64,000 bases of DNA from Pirellulaceae bacterium (GCA_041739975.1 JBGSMY010000155.1:533-64532); one strand, 5' to 3'. Numbered from the stretch's first letter, positions 1 through 11,506 are shown. Made by a program: numbers and translations. The notes: a model not told the origin generated them from the sequence alone.

Positions 1-86
1 TCAAAACCAATTATTCCACTGCGGAAAAACAGAATGTCATCAGGTTGAATTTCAACTTGGCCAAACCGAGAAGTTTGAATTTTCAT
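1..86 (-). CDS. fliW: Flagellar assembly factor FliW, N-terminal 28 codons only (the gene continues past the left edge)
   Basis: A reverse-strand ATG at 86..84 is preceded by AGGA. The translation MKIQTSRFGQVEIQPDDILFFRSGIIGF fits the FliW N-terminal pattern (RFGxhEh..DDIIxFxxGhxGF). It is absent from the ORF track because it has no stop inside the window. Confidence 0.4.
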   Translation of the reverse strand, partial: MKIQTSRFGQVEIQPDDILFFRSGIIGF

Positions 87-442
87 GGCATTCCTGCGAA
101 CTTGACGTTTTCTGCGAATCGATGTCTTCCGGAATCCGGCTTGAGCAACGCAATAGTGTCATCGGCATCGCTTGCAGGAACATTTACTAAAATTTTCCAA
201 TTATTCGTATTGGGCAAGATGCGTTGAATTTGCGTATTTGGAAAGTTTTTCGGCTCGACACGATTTGGCCGAATGCGGTAGGATGGGTAAAACCTGCAGC
301 TGGAGTTCTCTCGCTACTGGTGCTAGCACGGTATAATCAGGATGTTAGGCGAGTGGGGTGGGAAAGATCTAGGTTTCCATTAAATGCAACGCGAAATAAA
401 TCCGCAGGAAACAACACGACGGGCACAGTTCGGCGGCGTACG

Positions 443-471
443 AATATCGGGTGCGCAAATATCCGGTGCGC
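443..471. repeat. 14-nt direct repeat x2 (AATATCGGGTGCGC / AATATCCGGTGCGC) with a 15-nt period, ending 18 nt upstream of the ATG at 489
   Basis: Read directly from the sequence; 13 of 14 positions are identical. Confidence 0.6.
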
Positions 472-488
472 GAACTTGGGGTTCACGA

Positions 489-2213
489 ATGTCATTATTC
501 TGCCGGCGCGGAGGCGGCGTCGGCGTTCGGCTGGGTCGTCTTTGGACTCAAGTCACTTATCTTACGACGGCAATTCTGGTCGTCACTTTCAATGCCGCGA
601 GCGTGACGACCGGGTGTCAAACAAATCTCGATGAGCCATCGTCTACCGTACCCGCCGCGGCGATGGATCAGCAGTCGCGATCAGCTTCCCCGGCTGACAT
701 CCCGCGCATTCTCAAACAACTCGACAGTGTTCAGTTCGATGAACGGCAATTAGCGACGGATAGTTTGGTTTCGTTGGGGTCGGTTTCTTTGCGGCCGTTG
801 GCTAAAAGTTATCTGGACAGTAGCCCGGAGAAGCGTTGGCGGATTAAACGCGTTTTAGAACAGTTGTGTATCGAAGGCGACGAAGCAACATTTTTCAAAT
901 CGGCCGCGATTTTACGAACGCTATTTGGTGGCGAACTGACGAACGAACGCATCGTGGAGTTACAACTCGATTGGAAACGTAAACGGACGCAAGTTGCGGC
1001 CGAGAATTTAAGGTCATTGGGAGCGGATGTTGAATTGTATTTGCCCACGGAGACCGCAAATGAGCAGATTTTCTTTAATCTGGGCGGCTCACCAGAACCC
1101 CAAGCCGCCACGACTCAACCCAAACCTGTATCCACCGCACCGCCTCGAATAGATCCCGAGGAATTGATTGGTGAAATTGATCGTATTATCGTGGGTTCGA
1201 TTGAACAAAACCGCCGAATTGCGTTGGCCGATCAAATCGAACCGGCGGTTTTAACGGCTGAGCAACAAATGGCCCGCGAGTTTGCAGTTCCCGAACTGAT
1301 GTTCCGCAACGGGATTGTCTTTCAAGACCCGTTGCAGGGTCGCGTGTTTGTCAATGGTCAAATGGCATTTCCGGACATGACTTTTTTTGGCAGTAATGTA
1401 CGTTTGGGCAAACAATGGCGAGGTACAAATGCAGATGTCCAGCTCGTCGCGGCAATTCAAAACATGACCAATATTGTCTTTGAAGATTTCAAGATCGATG
1501 TAGATGTGTTGGAGACACTCCAGCGGATTGCTGAGTTACGGACTATTACCATCGGCAATTGTGAACTGACTGCTGCGGCAGTTGAAAAACTATCCGAACT
1601 GAAACAGCTTGCACAAGTCACCATCAAACAACAAACGTTGACCGAAGAACTTGCCTCGTCGATTGCGGCGATCAGTGAACTTAGAATGCTTAGTCTCAAT
1701 CAAGTCGCCTGGGGCGCAGGTGCTGCGGAGAAATTGACCGAACACAAATTGCTCCAAGCGGTATCGTTATCGGGAATGAACATCGAGCCGGAGTTTTTTG
1801 ATCTGGCTAATCGTTTGGTTAATCTGCGACAAGTTCAGATGCAGGGTTGTAAGTTCAATCTCGATCACTATCGCGAATTTGCCCGCCGCAACCCGCAGCT
1901 CGACATCAACGTTACCGGCCGTTCTTTTATGGGCGTGCGCGCTCCGCTGAACAATATCCCGGTTCAGTTCGAAACCCCCAGTTGTGCGATTTCTGAAGTA
2001 GTTCCGGGAAGTGGTGCCGAGGCGGCGGGATTACAAGCGGGGGACGAAATTGTGTCGATCAACAATGAGCCCATCAAAGCATTTCAGGAACTTGTGCTGT
2101 TGGTCAGCCAACATGATCCAGGCAAGGTTATCCAGGTCGAATATCGCCGCAATCAAAAGCTATTCAAGGCAAATGTTAAATTGGGCGATCGGGCAGAAGC
2201 CCCACAAGAGTAA
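489..2213 (+). CDS. Secreted or lipoprotein-like leucine-rich-repeat protein with a C-terminal PDZ domain
   Basis: This lies in ORF 384..2213. The internal ATG at 489 gives MSLFCRRGGG...LVVTFNAASVTTGC, a signal/lipobox-like N-terminus. LRR-like periodicity is visible (LRTITIGNCELT, LRMLSLNQV, LQAVSLSGMNI, LRQVQMQGC). The C-terminus has a PDZ signature, GSGAEAAGLQAGDEIVSINNEPI. The start codon is uncertain (384 or 489). Confidence 0.7.
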   Translation: MSLFCRRGGGVGVRLGRLWTQVTYLTTAILVVTFNAASVTTGCQTNLDEPSSTVPAAAMDQQSRSASPADIPRILKQLDSVQFDERQLATDSLVSLGSVSLRPLAKSYLDSSPEKRWRIKRVLEQLCIEGDEATFFKSAAILRTLFGGELTNERIVELQLDWKRKRTQVAAENLRSLGADVELYLPTETANEQIFFNLGGSPEPQAATTQPKPVSTAPPRIDPEELIGEIDRIIVGSIEQNRRIALADQIEPAVLTAEQQMAREFAVPELMFRNGIVFQDPLQGRVFVNGQMAFPDMTFFGSNVRLGKQWRGTNADVQLVAAIQNMTNIVFEDFKIDVDVLETLQRIAELRTITIGNCELTAAAVEKLSELKQLAQVTIKQQTLTEELASSIAAISELRMLSLNQVAWGAGAAEKLTEHKLLQAVSLSGMNIEPEFFDLANRLVNLRQVQMQGCKFNLDHYREFARRNPQLDINVTGRSFMGVRAPLNNIPVQFETPSCAISEVVPGSGAEAAGLQAGDEIVSINNEPIKAFQELVLLVSQHDPGKVIQVEYRRNQKLFKANVKLGDRAEAPQE

Positions 2214-2261
2214 AACGACTTGCCGTTGGCTGGAAATAAACCGTCGATTTACGCGAATGAT

Positions 2262-2714
2262 TTAACATCGCTCTAAATCGAGTGCTGTGATTTTTTCGAT
2301 CCGACGCTGGTGACGTCCCCCTTCAAAAGCCGTGGTCATCCATACTTGAACTAGTTCCTCAATGGCCGAGCCATCGAGAGAATCGCCGGGCAAACATAGA
2401 ATATTTGCATCATTGTGTTGGCGGCTAAGTCGGGCGGTTCGCGAATCATGGCAAACCGCGGCGCGAATACCATTGATTTTATTAGCTGCAATCGAGACAC
2501 CGATTCCGGTACCACAGATTAACACGCCCCGGTCGGCTTGTCCTTCGGAAACTTGGCGAGCAACGGCAGCGGCGATGTCCGGATAGTCACAGCTTTCGGT
2601 TGTATGGGTACCCAAATCGAGCACTTCAATTCCGCTGCTGCGTAACGTCTCGGCGACGACTTGGCGTTGAGCGATTCCACGGTGATCGCTGCCGATTGAA
2701 ACACGTAGAGACAT
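2262..2714 (-). CDS. rpiB: Ribose-5-phosphate isomerase B
   Basis: A 150-aa protein with the RpiB/LacAB motifs IGSDHRG, CGTGIGVSIAANK and FEGGRHQRRIEKI. Confidence 0.9.
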   Translation of the reverse strand: MSLRVSIGSDHRGIAQRQVVAETLRSSGIEVLDLGTHTTESCDYPDIAAAVARQVSEGQADRGVLICGTGIGVSIAANKINGIRAAVCHDSRTARLSRQHNDANILCLPGDSLDGSAIEELVQVWMTTAFEGGRHQRRIEKITALDLERC

Positions 2715-2739
2715 AAATCGAAACCTCGCAACTTAAGAA

Positions 2740-3885
2740 CTAACTAGTACGTTGAGATCGCTGGAAAATGGGATGATTAGCGATCCACCAAGCAATGTGT
2801 TGGTCAATCTGCGTTGCACATCGTTGATAGAACTCGACGGGCAGTCCAATCGGATCCGAGATTTCGCCTTGGTCGCGAGCCAACGCAAATGTGCGACTGG
2901 TGGCGGCTGGCCAATGGGAAATAATCGCATTGCGGTGATTGCCAGTCATGGTCAGGATCAAGTCTGCTTGTTGAACCAAGGATTCGGTAATGGGTTGGCT
3001 GGAATGTTGTGATAGATCGATCTTATGTTGCAACATGACCTCATACGATTGATCGCTGGCTGGGCCGCCGGCCATCGCCGCAACGCCAGCCGAAGCGACC
3101 CGAAATCCTCGCGACTGCAGTTCATCGACTTGACAACCGAGATGTTCCGCCAGGCGAAGTTTAAAAAGTCCTTCCGCCATTGGGCTGCGACATGTATTGC
3201 CGGTACAAACCAATAAAATTGCCACTTCGCTCATCAGCTCTAACGTCTTTCTATCGAGTACTCCGGGACGAATTATGGACCATTGGTCGTGGTGAACTTC
3301 GGCGATCGTCGACGGTTGTGAAAAACGACAGGGTCCCGCATCAAACAAAAAGTCGATATCTTGGTTGAAATTTTGGAATACTTGTTCACCTGTGGCGGAA
3401 TTCAAATTGCCCTGGCGGCTGGCACTGGTCAAGATCACCGGGCCAGCGTTGAGCCGAAACACTTGCATTGTGAAATCGTGTGCGGGCACTCGCAATGCGA
3501 TCTGACCGCGACCCAATGTCGCTTGGCGAACTTCGTTGGGCAATCGTTGGGCGACACTATCGGCGTGTGGACCGGGAAACACCAGAGTCAACGGTCCGGG
3601 CCACACCCGTCGGGCCAGCCGACGTCCTAGCAATGACATATTGGGGACATAATCCAAAGCGTCATCGGCGCTTTTGACTCCAAAAGCCAACGGCAATTGA
3701 TCGTCATGTTGCTTTAGTGCAAACAACCTCTGAACGGCCTGGGGCCGCAGGGCACTCGCCGCAAGGCCATAAATTGTTTCGGTCGGCAACGCGATGACTT
3801 GGCCATTGGCTAATGCTTCGACGGCATGGTGTACCGCATCCCGAGAGTCCTCGGCCCGCTTGAGATTGTAAACAACGCATGCCAT
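2740..3885 (-). CDS. tsaC: Fusion protein: L-threonylcarbamoyladenylate synthase (TsaC/Sua5 YrdC domain) plus low-molecular-weight protein phosphatase
   Basis: The N-terminal half carries the YrdC-type motif VIALPTETIYGLAASA. The C-terminal ~150 aa carry the LMW-PTP P-loop LLVCTGNTCRSPMAE (CX5R-S) and the Asp loop ISDPIG. Confidence 0.85.
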   Translation of the reverse strand: MACVVYNLKRAEDSRDAVHHAVEALANGQVIALPTETIYGLAASALRPQAVQRLFALKQHDDQLPLAFGVKSADDALDYVPNMSLLGRRLARRVWPGPLTLVFPGPHADSVAQRLPNEVRQATLGRGQIALRVPAHDFTMQVFRLNAGPVILTSASRQGNLNSATGEQVFQNFNQDIDFLFDAGPCRFSQPSTIAEVHHDQWSIIRPGVLDRKTLELMSEVAILLVCTGNTCRSPMAEGLFKLRLAEHLGCQVDELQSRGFRVASAGVAAMAGGPASDQSYEVMLQHKIDLSQHSSQPITESLVQQADLILTMTGNHRNAIISHWPAATSRTFALARDQGEISDPIGLPVEFYQRCATQIDQHIAWWIANHPIFQRSQRTS

Positions 3886-4035
3886 GCTAATAAGACGTTT
3901 CTGCCGATTGCCGGTATTTCATCGGTCGAAACATCCGAATCGACCTTGTCGGCACTATATCGATTAATCGTTTCCAGGGTCAAGTAGCAGGTGGAGACCG
4001 ATTGCTTGTTTTCCACAAATTCCAGGCATTATTAG

Positions 4036-5034
4036 ATGAATCCGCAACCTTTCGCAAATATTACGATTGCCGCGACACCTCGGCGGGTTGCGCCAGTATG
4101 GGGCTTGACCATTTCAATGTTAAGCATTTGCATGGGGAGTTTGTTAATCGCCGGTTGTGACCCGCCGGTCGGCCAATCGAGCGAGTTATTCCATGTTTGG
4201 GGGCGACGGGGAATCGATCCCGGTCGATTTATTAAACCACGTGCCATCACACATGATGCAGACGACAATTTGTACATCGTTGATATGACGGCTCGCATTC
4301 AGGTGCTGGATTCCAAAGGAAATTACCTGCGGCATTGGCAAACCCCCGAATTTGCTCAAGGTAAACCGTGTGGACTAAGTGTTTCCCAGGACGGCCTAAT
4401 CATGGTCGCCGACACTCATTATTTTCGTATTCTGTTCTATACTCCCACGGGCGAACTGGTACCAGAGCGCACGATCGGCGGCGAAAACGGACGTGGCCCG
4501 GGGCAATTTGGATTTGTCACCGATGTCGTCCAAGACTCACTAGGCAATTACTTTGTTTCCGAATACGGCGATTACGATCGCATCCAAAAATTCGATCCCC
4601 ATGGCAACTACGTTTTAGAGTGGGGCGGTCATGGATCGGTGCCCGGCGAGTTTTTACGTCCCCAAGGACTGGCGATCGATGAAAATGACCAATTATGGGT
4701 CGCCGACGCCAGCAATCATCGCATCCAAATTTTTGACGTTCGCCAGTCGCCGCCAAAATTCGTGCGACAATTTGGCGAATTTGGCGATACACCTGGCCAG
4801 TTTCGGTATCCCTATTCTATTGTGCTCGAACCGAATGGACATGTTGTTATCTGTGAGTTCGGCAATCACCGACTTCAGCGCTTTACACGCGAAGGGCTAT
4901 TTATAGAGGCGGTTGGCCAAGCGGGCCGGGAACCAGGATGTTTTCATCAACCTTGGGGCCTAACGCAAACTAGCGACGGAACGTTTCATATCTTGGACTC
5001 TTATAACCACCGTTTACAGTCCGCGCGTTGGTAA
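4036..5034 (+). CDS. NHL-repeat (six-bladed beta-propeller) lipoprotein
   Basis: The N-terminus has a signal peptide with the lipobox LIAGC. NHL-type repeats recur (LYIVDMTARIQVLD, IMVADTHYFRILFY, LWVADASNHRIQIFD, VVICEFGNHRLQRF, FHILDSYNHRLQ). Confidence 0.8.
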   Translation: MNPQPFANITIAATPRRVAPVWGLTISMLSICMGSLLIAGCDPPVGQSSELFHVWGRRGIDPGRFIKPRAITHDADDNLYIVDMTARIQVLDSKGNYLRHWQTPEFAQGKPCGLSVSQDGLIMVADTHYFRILFYTPTGELVPERTIGGENGRGPGQFGFVTDVVQDSLGNYFVSEYGDYDRIQKFDPHGNYVLEWGGHGSVPGEFLRPQGLAIDENDQLWVADASNHRIQIFDVRQSPPKFVRQFGEFGDTPGQFRYPYSIVLEPNGHVVICEFGNHRLQRFTREGLFIEAVGQAGREPGCFHQPWGLTQTSDGTFHILDSYNHRLQSARW

Positions 5035-5223
5035 ATTTTCCAACTCTCACGACCCAATTTATCCGCATCTTTTACCTAAACCGCAGCCGCTCACCAATTA
5101 GAGCGACTGGTTTAACCCACACCACAATCGCTTCGGTTGACATTGGTTACCGATGTTTTCCCAATGGACCGCTTTTAAAAATTGTCCGAGTGTAATCGAC
5201 CCACTGACGGAGAATTGTCTACC

Positions 5224-5580
5224 ATGGTATTCAGCAATTTGGACGAACAACTATCGGTTGAGCACACGTCAATCGATCCGGCCAATGAGCTGATCGATCG
5301 CTTGTCTCGCGAACAAGACGAGGTAATCGAACAGCTTGATGAGCTGTTGGCTAGAATCGACCATGTTTTGAACGCTACCATGGCCGAAATTAAATCAGAG
5401 GCGGCTGGGTGCTTTGGCTACGGCGCGGCAGCATCCTTGGAATCACAGGACTTGGCACCGGTACAATTTACCCCAGCAATGCCAATCGAGATGCCGATAC
5501 CGGCAACAATTAACTCAGCAATCTCTGGTCGGGATTCATCGGTATCGGATGTTGTGCCATGGGTCAACAAAGCGGCCTAA
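5224..5580 (+). CDS. Hypothetical protein (acidic, coiled-coil-like N-terminus)
   Basis: This lies in ORF 5182..5580. The internal ATG at 5224 is preceded by GGAGA. I recognised no domain. Confidence 0.4.
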   Translation: MVFSNLDEQLSVEHTSIDPANELIDRLSREQDEVIEQLDELLARIDHVLNATMAEIKSEAAGCFGYGAAASLESQDLAPVQFTPAMPIEMPIPATINSAISGRDSSVSDVVPWVNKAA

Positions 5581-5681
5581 CGGCTTAAACGTTCACTCGC
5601 TGATTGACCTGGGGCCTTAGAAACGCAAACGCTGCAATCGAGCGCGCAATAAAATTGTGTCGACGTTTAACGGTTCAAACG

Positions 5682-7322
<1,641 letters not shown>

Positions 7323-7499
7323 TCAATCCTTTCCAATCAAATCGCTATTCAAATCGATTTGGGCTATGCGAACGTTTCACGACGAAACTTGGAATAGCTC
7401 GCGAAAAACACGAGAAGAAAAAGGCGGTGTGTTTCCTTGGCGAAAATGGTTAAGCCAATCTTCGTGGGTTGAACGCAGCGCCATGACAAGGCCCCAAGT

Positions 7500-8249
7500 T
7501 TAACACATCTGAATTCGCTTGACAAAGGCCTGGTAATCTTCGGGCGTATCAATCCCTTTGGACGAATGGGCGGAAATTGCTACTTGAATAGCATGGCCAG
7601 CCTGCAGGACCCGCAATTGCTCTAGAGATTCGGTTTTTTCGGCAGGTGATTCGGGAAGTTGGGAAAACGCCAATAAAAAATCTCGCCGATAGACATAAAT
7701 TCCCAAATGCTGCAAAAATCGAGGCGGTTCACCAACGGCCAGCCAGCGGTCATCCCAATTTCGCGGGTGCGGAATGGCACTGCGGCTAAAATACAAGGCT
7801 CGACCCGAATGGCTCAACACGACCTTGACGCACGAAGCATCGTCTAACAAACTTCGATCGTGAATCGGGCAGGCCACCGTTGATACCGGGACATCATGAT
7901 GTTGCATTTGCTCAATAGCCAAATCAACGGCACTGCTGGCCATTTCCGGCTCATCACCTTGCAGGTTCACGATCAACTCCATATCGTGGTGCCGCGAGGC
8001 CACTTCCGCCACGCGGTCCGTGCCACTGAGATGATCTGCCGAGGTCATTTCAACCTCCGCATTGAATCCGCGAGCCGCTTGATATATCTCCTGGTCGTCG
8101 GTGGCAATTATCACTCGATCGGCTAATCGACAGTTCTTCGCCGCCAAATAAGTATGTTCGATTAATGTCTTGCCCGTTTCTCGCAATAACATTTTGCGAG
8201 CCAATCGCGTCGAGCCAAGTCGCGCTGGAATTACGATCAACGTTTTCAA
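7500..8249 (-). CDS. kdsB: 3-deoxy-manno-octulosonate cytidylyltransferase (CMP-KDO synthetase)
   Basis: IVIPARLGSTRLARKML at the N-terminus and NLQGDEP. The length is 249 aa and the gene lies immediately upstream of pyrG on the same strand. Confidence 0.9.
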   Translation of the reverse strand: MKTLIVIPARLGSTRLARKMLLRETGKTLIEHTYLAAKNCRLADRVIIATDDQEIYQAARGFNAEVEMTSADHLSGTDRVAEVASRHHDMELIVNLQGDEPEMASSAVDLAIEQMQHHDVPVSTVACPIHDRSLLDDASCVKVVLSHSGRALYFSRSAIPHPRNWDDRWLAVGEPPRFLQHLGIYVYRRDFLLAFSQLPESPAEKTESLEQLRVLQAGHAIQVAISAHSSKGIDTPEDYQAFVKRIQMC

Positions 8250-8465
8250 AATGATTCCTTTTCAATGGGTTGTGACGTGACTGTCGAGCGTCGCCCGATT
8301 GTCGAGTTTCACACGATTGTCATCAATCGCGCCGCTCAACAACATTAACCGAGCCCTTGCCAAAAAAATTGTCAATTGCAGAAACGTTAAGAGACAATCG
8401 CCCTACTCTACTCTGCCCGAACCACCAAAGAAAGATTCTAATACTGAGGCAGTGAGGGCGAACAG

Positions 8466-10274
8466 GTGGCCAATGACAAAAAGAAATTGTCGAATGATTC
8501 GGTAATGGCAATGAAAGCTAACAATGTGGAATCTGCCAGTACGGCTTCAGCAAGCAAGGGATCAGTAAACACCGATTCCGTAAACAAAGAGGTTTCTGGT
8601 CGGATGATCTGGCCAGCAGCATTGTGGTTGGCCATCATTGCCCAAGTCATTACGATCTGGATCACGTGGCCGCTCTGGCAATCGCGAGAAATCCCGCCTC
8701 ATTTGCCCCGCTGGGAATGGTTGGATTGGCCGATTGACTTTGGATGGCTTATGATTGGATCAGCCCTGTTAGTAGGTGCCTGGCCTCGTGGCAGAGACGG
8801 ATCTCACAATCTGGTTGAGCCCACGGTTGATACCAAGTCCTTTGCTAATGCCAAGTCCTTTGCTAATGCCAAGTCCTTAGCTAAAACCAAGCCCACGGTT
8901 AACACCCCGCCGTCCGGGAGTACCCTAACTGCAGTCAATCATAGTTCCGTCGATCGTCGTGGTCCACGCGGAAGATTTATACTGGGCTCTTTGATTGGTT
9001 ACAACGGTGGCGTTTGGATTCATCTAGCGATATTTCTGATTGCTTGCGGTTGCGACCAAATGCGGACTCAGCCGCAAATTGCTGCCCTGTGGGTCATGAT
9101 GTTAGCGGCGTCGTCGCACCGCTATCGATATGTTGGTCGGTGGTTTTTAATTTCTATGTGGCTGTGGGCCGGAATCCACAAACTTGGATCAACCGATTGG
9201 CTAGGACCAACATCTTATCAATTGCTCGAACGATCTCCGCTTGATCCCGATCGATGGCATTTGTGGTTTGCTTATGGTGCTGCTTGGGGAGAGATTGCCC
9301 TGGCACTCATTGCTTTGATCCGTCCGCGCTGGGCAGCTATCGGATGTGTCTTGATGCATGGTGGAATTATCTTGTTTCTGTCTCCGCTGGGAATCAATTG
9401 GAATTTTAGTGTCATTCCCTGGAATGTGACCACAGCAATTGCAGGCGCCTGGCTGTTACTTGCGCCTCACGACAGGTCGCCGCGCTTTTGGCTGGAGAGA
9501 ATAGTGACGATCGCCTTGCTGGTGTATCCGTTGGGTTTTTATATCGGCTGGATCGATCATGGAATTGGGTTCGTTTTATATTCGGAAAACATCCCCAAGG
9601 GACTCGTGACCTCACAGTCCGGCGTGCGGGAGATTATAGGTTGGGGCTCGCTAAACGTTCCGTTTCCAAATGAACGTCGACTGTTACGGCAACATTTCGA
9701 GCTCACGGCCAAAGCGGGTGATAAACTGCATCTGTTCGACCCGCGCTGGGCGCTGGACGATCAGTATTTTCGACTGGACCATGACGGATGTGCTCGTGAA
9801 CTTTCTAGAGAGCAGTTTCTTCAGGGACATCGATCCGCCGATCCGATGAGAGAGCAAATAACCACCGACATGCAGTACCGCGGTCAGTTTTTCGATGACC
9901 CAAACATGGTTTGGGAATTGCGACGCGCCAAAATTCGAATGCTAAAACGTTCCCCAGATGCAATGATTTACGCGGTTGCATTTACTGCGGAAAACTATCG
10001 ATCGGAGTTGTTACGCGTGGTGGCTAAATTGCAAAATCTGGAACAACTTCAATTGGCTGGAACTGCGGTAACCGATACCGATTTAACCGCACTACGCAAC
10101 CACGTGAACTTGCGAGGAATCGGGCTTTCAGCCACCTCCGTGACGGACGCTTGTTTAGAATCGTTGGCAACCATTTCTGAGCTGGAAGATATTGAATTTG
10201 AGGAAACGCGATTGACGAAAGAACGCGTGTGGGAATTGCTCGATCAAAATATGAATGAGCCGCGCCGGCAATAG
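8466..10274 (+). CDS. Polytopic membrane protein with a C-terminal leucine-rich-repeat module
   Basis: Several hydrophobic helices (WPAALWLAIIAQVITIWITW, WIHLAIFLIACG, IALALIALI, GGIILFLSPLG and others). C-terminal LRRs (LQNLEQLQLAGTAVTDTDL, LRGIGLSATSVTDACL, LEDIEFEETRLT). The start is uncertain: GTG at 8466 or ATG at 8505. Confidence 0.7.
   Translation: MANDKKKLSNDSVMAMKANNVESASTASASKGSVNTDSVNKEVSGRMIWPAALWLAIIAQVITIWITWPLWQSREIPPHLPRWEWLDWPIDFGWLMIGSALLVGAWPRGRDGSHNLVEPTVDTKSFANAKSFANAKSLAKTKPTVNTPPSGSTLTAVNHSSVDRRGPRGRFILGSLIGYNGGVWIHLAIFLIACGCDQMRTQPQIAALWVMMLAASSHRYRYVGRWFLISMWLWAGIHKLGSTDWLGPTSYQLLERSPLDPDRWHLWFAYGAAWGEIALALIALIRPRWAAIGCVLMHGGIILFLSPLGINWNFSVIPWNVTTAIAGAWLLLAPHDRSPRFWLERIVTIALLVYPLGFYIGWIDHGIGFVLYSENIPKGLVTSQSGVREIIGWGSLNVPFPNERRLLRQHFELTAKAGDKLHLFDPRWALDDQYFRLDHDGCARELSREQFLQGHRSADPMREQITTDMQYRGQFFDDPNMVWELRRAKIRMLKRSPDAMIYAVAFTAENYRSELLRVVAKLQNLEQLQLAGTAVTDTDLTALRNHVNLRGIGLSATSVTDACLESLATISELEDIEFEETRLTKERVWELLDQNMNEPRRQ
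8835..8888 (+). repeat. In-frame 18-nt tandem repeat x3 (KSFANA-KSFANA-KSLAKT), flanked by a PTV(D/N)T direct repeat
   Basis: AAGTCCTTTGCTAATGCC occurs twice exactly, followed by AAGTCCTTAGCTAAAACC. CCCACGGTT flanks the array on both sides. Confidence 0.85.
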
Positions 10275-10411
10275 TCGCCCAGGTGGTTGCTAGCCGACCT
10301 ACGGTTGCCCGAGGTTTTCTGGTAGGATAACAGCGGAAAGTGGTAGTCGAAACATCTCGAAATATTAGCTTTCTTATACTGTTCCAAGCTGTTTATCGTG
10401 AAGGGAAATTG

Positions 10412-11506
10412 GTGTCAGACCACGCCGCGCCGCCGAAACCTACGGATCAAACCAATGCCGTCAACCGATTGTCGCATTACGATTTCGAATTGCCTAAAGA
10501 TTTGATCGCACAAGTGCCTTTGCCTCACCGCGACGATTCGCGGTTGATGGTGGTCCAGCGTACAACAGAAACGATTGAACATTGCCACGTTCGAGACCTG
10601 CCACAAATTTTGCGAGCGGGCGATTTATTAGTCCTGAATGACACGCGAGTGATTCCAGCAAAATTAGTGGGATTTCGCACCGCAACGGGTGGGCGATGGC
10701 ACGGGCTGTTTGTTACCACTGACGATAGCGGCATTGCCCGTGTACTTGGCAAGACCCGCGGGAAAATGGCGCCGGGTGATGCGGTAACACTGCAAGATCG
10801 GGAAGGAGCAGATACTTGTACGTTGCGAATGATCAACCAACTCGACGATGGTTCGTGGCTAGTATTGCCGGAGTCAGAGTTGTCATGGCCGCAATTGTTG
10901 GACAAGTTCGGCCGCATCCCTTTGCCCCACTACATTCGCGATGGCAATATGACCGATGCGGATCGCAAAGACTATCAGACGGTGTTCGCTTCGAAACCGG
11001 GTTCCGTGGCGGCGCCAACGGCCGGCCTGCACTTCACTAAAGAGTTAATCAGTCGTCTCGTTGATGCGGGGGTTGCCATTACCCGAGTCACGCTCCATGT
11101 TGGACTGGGCACATTTAAGCCGATTACGGTTGAAGAGATTTCGAGCCACTGCATGCACGGTGAATGGGGCAGTGTCGATGAAAAAGCGGTGGCGGAAATG
11201 CAGCGTTGTCGCGAACGAGGGGGGCGATTGATTGCCGTCGGTACCACTGCCACTCGTTTACTAGAGACACAGGCTCAACGGGCGCCCCATTTACCTTGGC
11301 AAGGTTCGACCGATCTATTTATCAAACCGGGACACCAGTTTCAAGCATTGCAAGGGTTGATGACGAATTTTCATTTGCCCCGCAGCACGTTGCTAGTTTT
11401 GGTCCGTACGTTTGGTGGCGACGAATTAATTCGGCGTGCTTACGAGATGGCCGTAAATGAGCGGTACCGCTTCTTCAGTTATGGCGATGCCATGTTGATT
11501 ATTTAA
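10412..11506 (+). CDS. queA: S-adenosylmethionine:tRNA ribosyltransferase-isomerase
   Basis: LSHYDFELPKDLIAQ near the N-terminus, AAPTAGLHFT, GTTATR and RFFSYGDAMLI at the C-terminus. The ORF opens at 10340. The GTG at 10412 preceded by AAGGGA is the more likely start. Confidence 0.9.
   Translation: MSDHAAPPKPTDQTNAVNRLSHYDFELPKDLIAQVPLPHRDDSRLMVVQRTTETIEHCHVRDLPQILRAGDLLVLNDTRVIPAKLVGFRTATGGRWHGLFVTTDDSGIARVLGKTRGKMAPGDAVTLQDREGADTCTLRMINQLDDGSWLVLPESELSWPQLLDKFGRIPLPHYIRDGNMTDADRKDYQTVFASKPGSVAAPTAGLHFTKELISRLVDAGVAITRVTLHVGLGTFKPITVEEISSHCMHGEWGSVDEKAVAEMQRCRERGGRLIAVGTTATRLLETQAQRAPHLPWQGSTDLFIKPGHQFQALQGLMTNFHLPRSTLLVLVRTFGGDELIRRAYEMAVNERYRFFSYGDAMLII

Noticed and set aside
87-330. A csrA-like or other small gene upstream of fliW on the minus strand
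   Set aside because: The only open frame ending at the fliW start (…NWKILVNVPASDADDTIALLKPDSGRHRFAENVKFAGMP) has no ATG or GTG start and does not resemble CsrA. csrA normally lies downstream of fliW, which would be outside this window.
332-337. TATAAT hexamer as a -10 promoter element
   Set aside because: No acceptable -35 element lies 17 nt upstream (TCTCGC is found there) and there is no extended -10 TG. A single hexamer is not enough, and promoter consensus in this lineage is uncertain.
45-634. ORFs 45-227 (+) and 224-634 (+)
   Set aside because: The translations are Arg-rich and low in complexity. They overlap the fliW start on the other strand and the 5' region of the LRR-PDZ gene, and no RBS is present.
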